The notes beneath the pieces are model-generated. The model did not search any database. It saw only the letters and a program-made list of their open reading frames with translations, and was not told the origin of the DNA. The position numbers and the translations under genes were made by a program. Of a DNA stretch of 64,000 bases, positions 63,101 through 64,000 are shown piece by piece (position 1 is the stretch's first letter; every line of letters begins with the position of its first letter). Source of the stretch: Yuukianura sp. NJ FZ-2021 (lineage: Eukaryota). The DNA is taken from NCBI GenBank assembly GCA_046563655.1, contig CM102283.1:3968001-4032000 (forward strand), read 5' to 3'.

Positions 63101-64000
63101 ATTTGAGCATTTTGGACAGATGCACCACCTTGAGCAGTCATTGCAGATTGTCCATGCATTGCACCAGAACTCACAGTTTGTCCCATGGAAGCTCCCGCCA
63201 TGGAATTCATTGCTTTTGATTGCATCTGAGCATTTTGGACTGCGGCACCACTTTGAGCAGTCATTGCAGATTGTCCATGCATTGCTCCAGAACTCACAGT
63301 TTGTCCCATCGAAGCTCCCGCCATGGAATTCATCCCTCTTGATTGCATTTGAGCATTTTGGACAGCTGCACCACTTTGAGAAGCCATATTATGAGCAGTA
63401 ATTCCGGATTGTCCATGCATTGCTCCAGAACTCACAGTTTGTCCCATTGCAGCTCCTGCCATGGAATTCATCCCTCTTGATTGCATTTGAGCATTTTGGA
63501 CAGCTGCACCACTTTGAGAAGCCATATTATGAGCAGTAATTCCGGATTGTCCATGCATTGCTCCAGAACTCACAGTTTGTCCCATGGAAGCTCCCGCCAT
63601 GGAATTCATTGCCTTTGATTGCATTTGAGCATTTTGGACTGCGGCACCACTTTGAGCAGTCATTGCAGATTGTCCATGCATTGCACCAGAACTCACAGTT
63701 TTTCCCATTGAAGCTCCCGCCATGGAATTCATTGCCTTTGATTGCATTTGAGCATTTTGGACTGCGGCACTACTTTGAGCAGTCATTGCAGATTGTCCAT
63801 GCATTGCTCCAGAACTCACAGTTTTTCCCATTGAAGCTCCCGCAATGGAATTCATTGCTTTTGATTGCATTTGAGCATTTTGTACTGCGGCACCACTTTG
63901 AGCAGCCATATTCTGAGCAGTCATTGCAGATTGTCCATGCATTGCTCCAGAACTCACAGTTTGTCCCATTGAAGCTCCAGCCATGGAATTCATTGCTCCT
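57188..64000 (-). CDS. Giant repetitive protein (partial; N-terminus beyond window): Met/Ala/Gln/Ser/Gly repeats, Ser-rich linker, six ChtBD2/peritrophin-A-like modules
   Basis: Exons >=64000-59001, 58918-58587 and 58522-57188 join in frame through GT-AG introns. Modules of the form C-x3-G..D.RFY..C..CP.G.YF...C, e.g. CVTPGHFAYPDYRFYFVC...FQCPTGLFYNSIYQAC and CAGEGVFGYRDPRFYYSC...FICPPNTYFSSTSRSC. Confidence 0.88.
60047..64000 (-). repeat. Coding tandem repeat of 138-bp (46 aa) and 123-bp (41 aa) units, ~30 copies in the window
   Basis: Consensus MNSMAGASMGQTVSSGAMHGQSAMTAQ[NMAAQ]SGAAVQNAQMQSRA; length variants are multiples of 3 and the ORF stays open. Confidence 0.97.

Noticed and set aside
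59976-63401. 863-aa and 231-aa plus-strand ORFs antisense to the repeat gene
   Set aside because: Shadow of the tandem repeat; broken by single-base variants near 62565 and 62690 while the minus frame stays open and continues into real domains.

Overview
Eukaryotic, AT-rich, compact animal genome with mostly ~50-90 bp spliceosomal introns. It is most likely an arthropod (DRE promoter element, TTAGG-like repeats, peritrophin-A/ChtBD2 domains), but I cannot name the taxon. Exon structures were traced by hand from GT/AG boundaries and protein homology recalled from memory; no searches were run. 1-17.3 kb is gene-dense: RDH-like SDR, mRpL23, Nup37-like, an APC16-like ORF lying 15 nt upstream of RCCD1 (apparent dicistronic unit), a divergent alpha-tubulin with satellite-filled introns and non-canonical splice sites, TFIIIA, a second RDH paralog and an orphan gene. 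17.3-40.8 kb is a ~23 kb gene desert 3' of FoxB, with a hAT-type MITE and a recurrent GGGCCCTT motif. 40.9-55.2 kb holds FoxB, a SAP-less SARNP, ZNRF, an SDR16C, TRAM and Myt1. A second hAT-type MITE follows, then the 3' part of a giant gene with >=30 Met/Ala/Gln/Ser/Gly-rich 46/41-aa repeats fused to six ChtBD2-like modules. Best novelty candidates: (1) the Met-rich silk/glue-like chitin-binding protein, (2) the APC16-RCCD1 dicistron, (3) the tubulin gene needing three TTTGAG acceptors and one GC donor, with a duplicated CAG decoy acceptor, (4) the desert-restricted GGGCCCTT motif.
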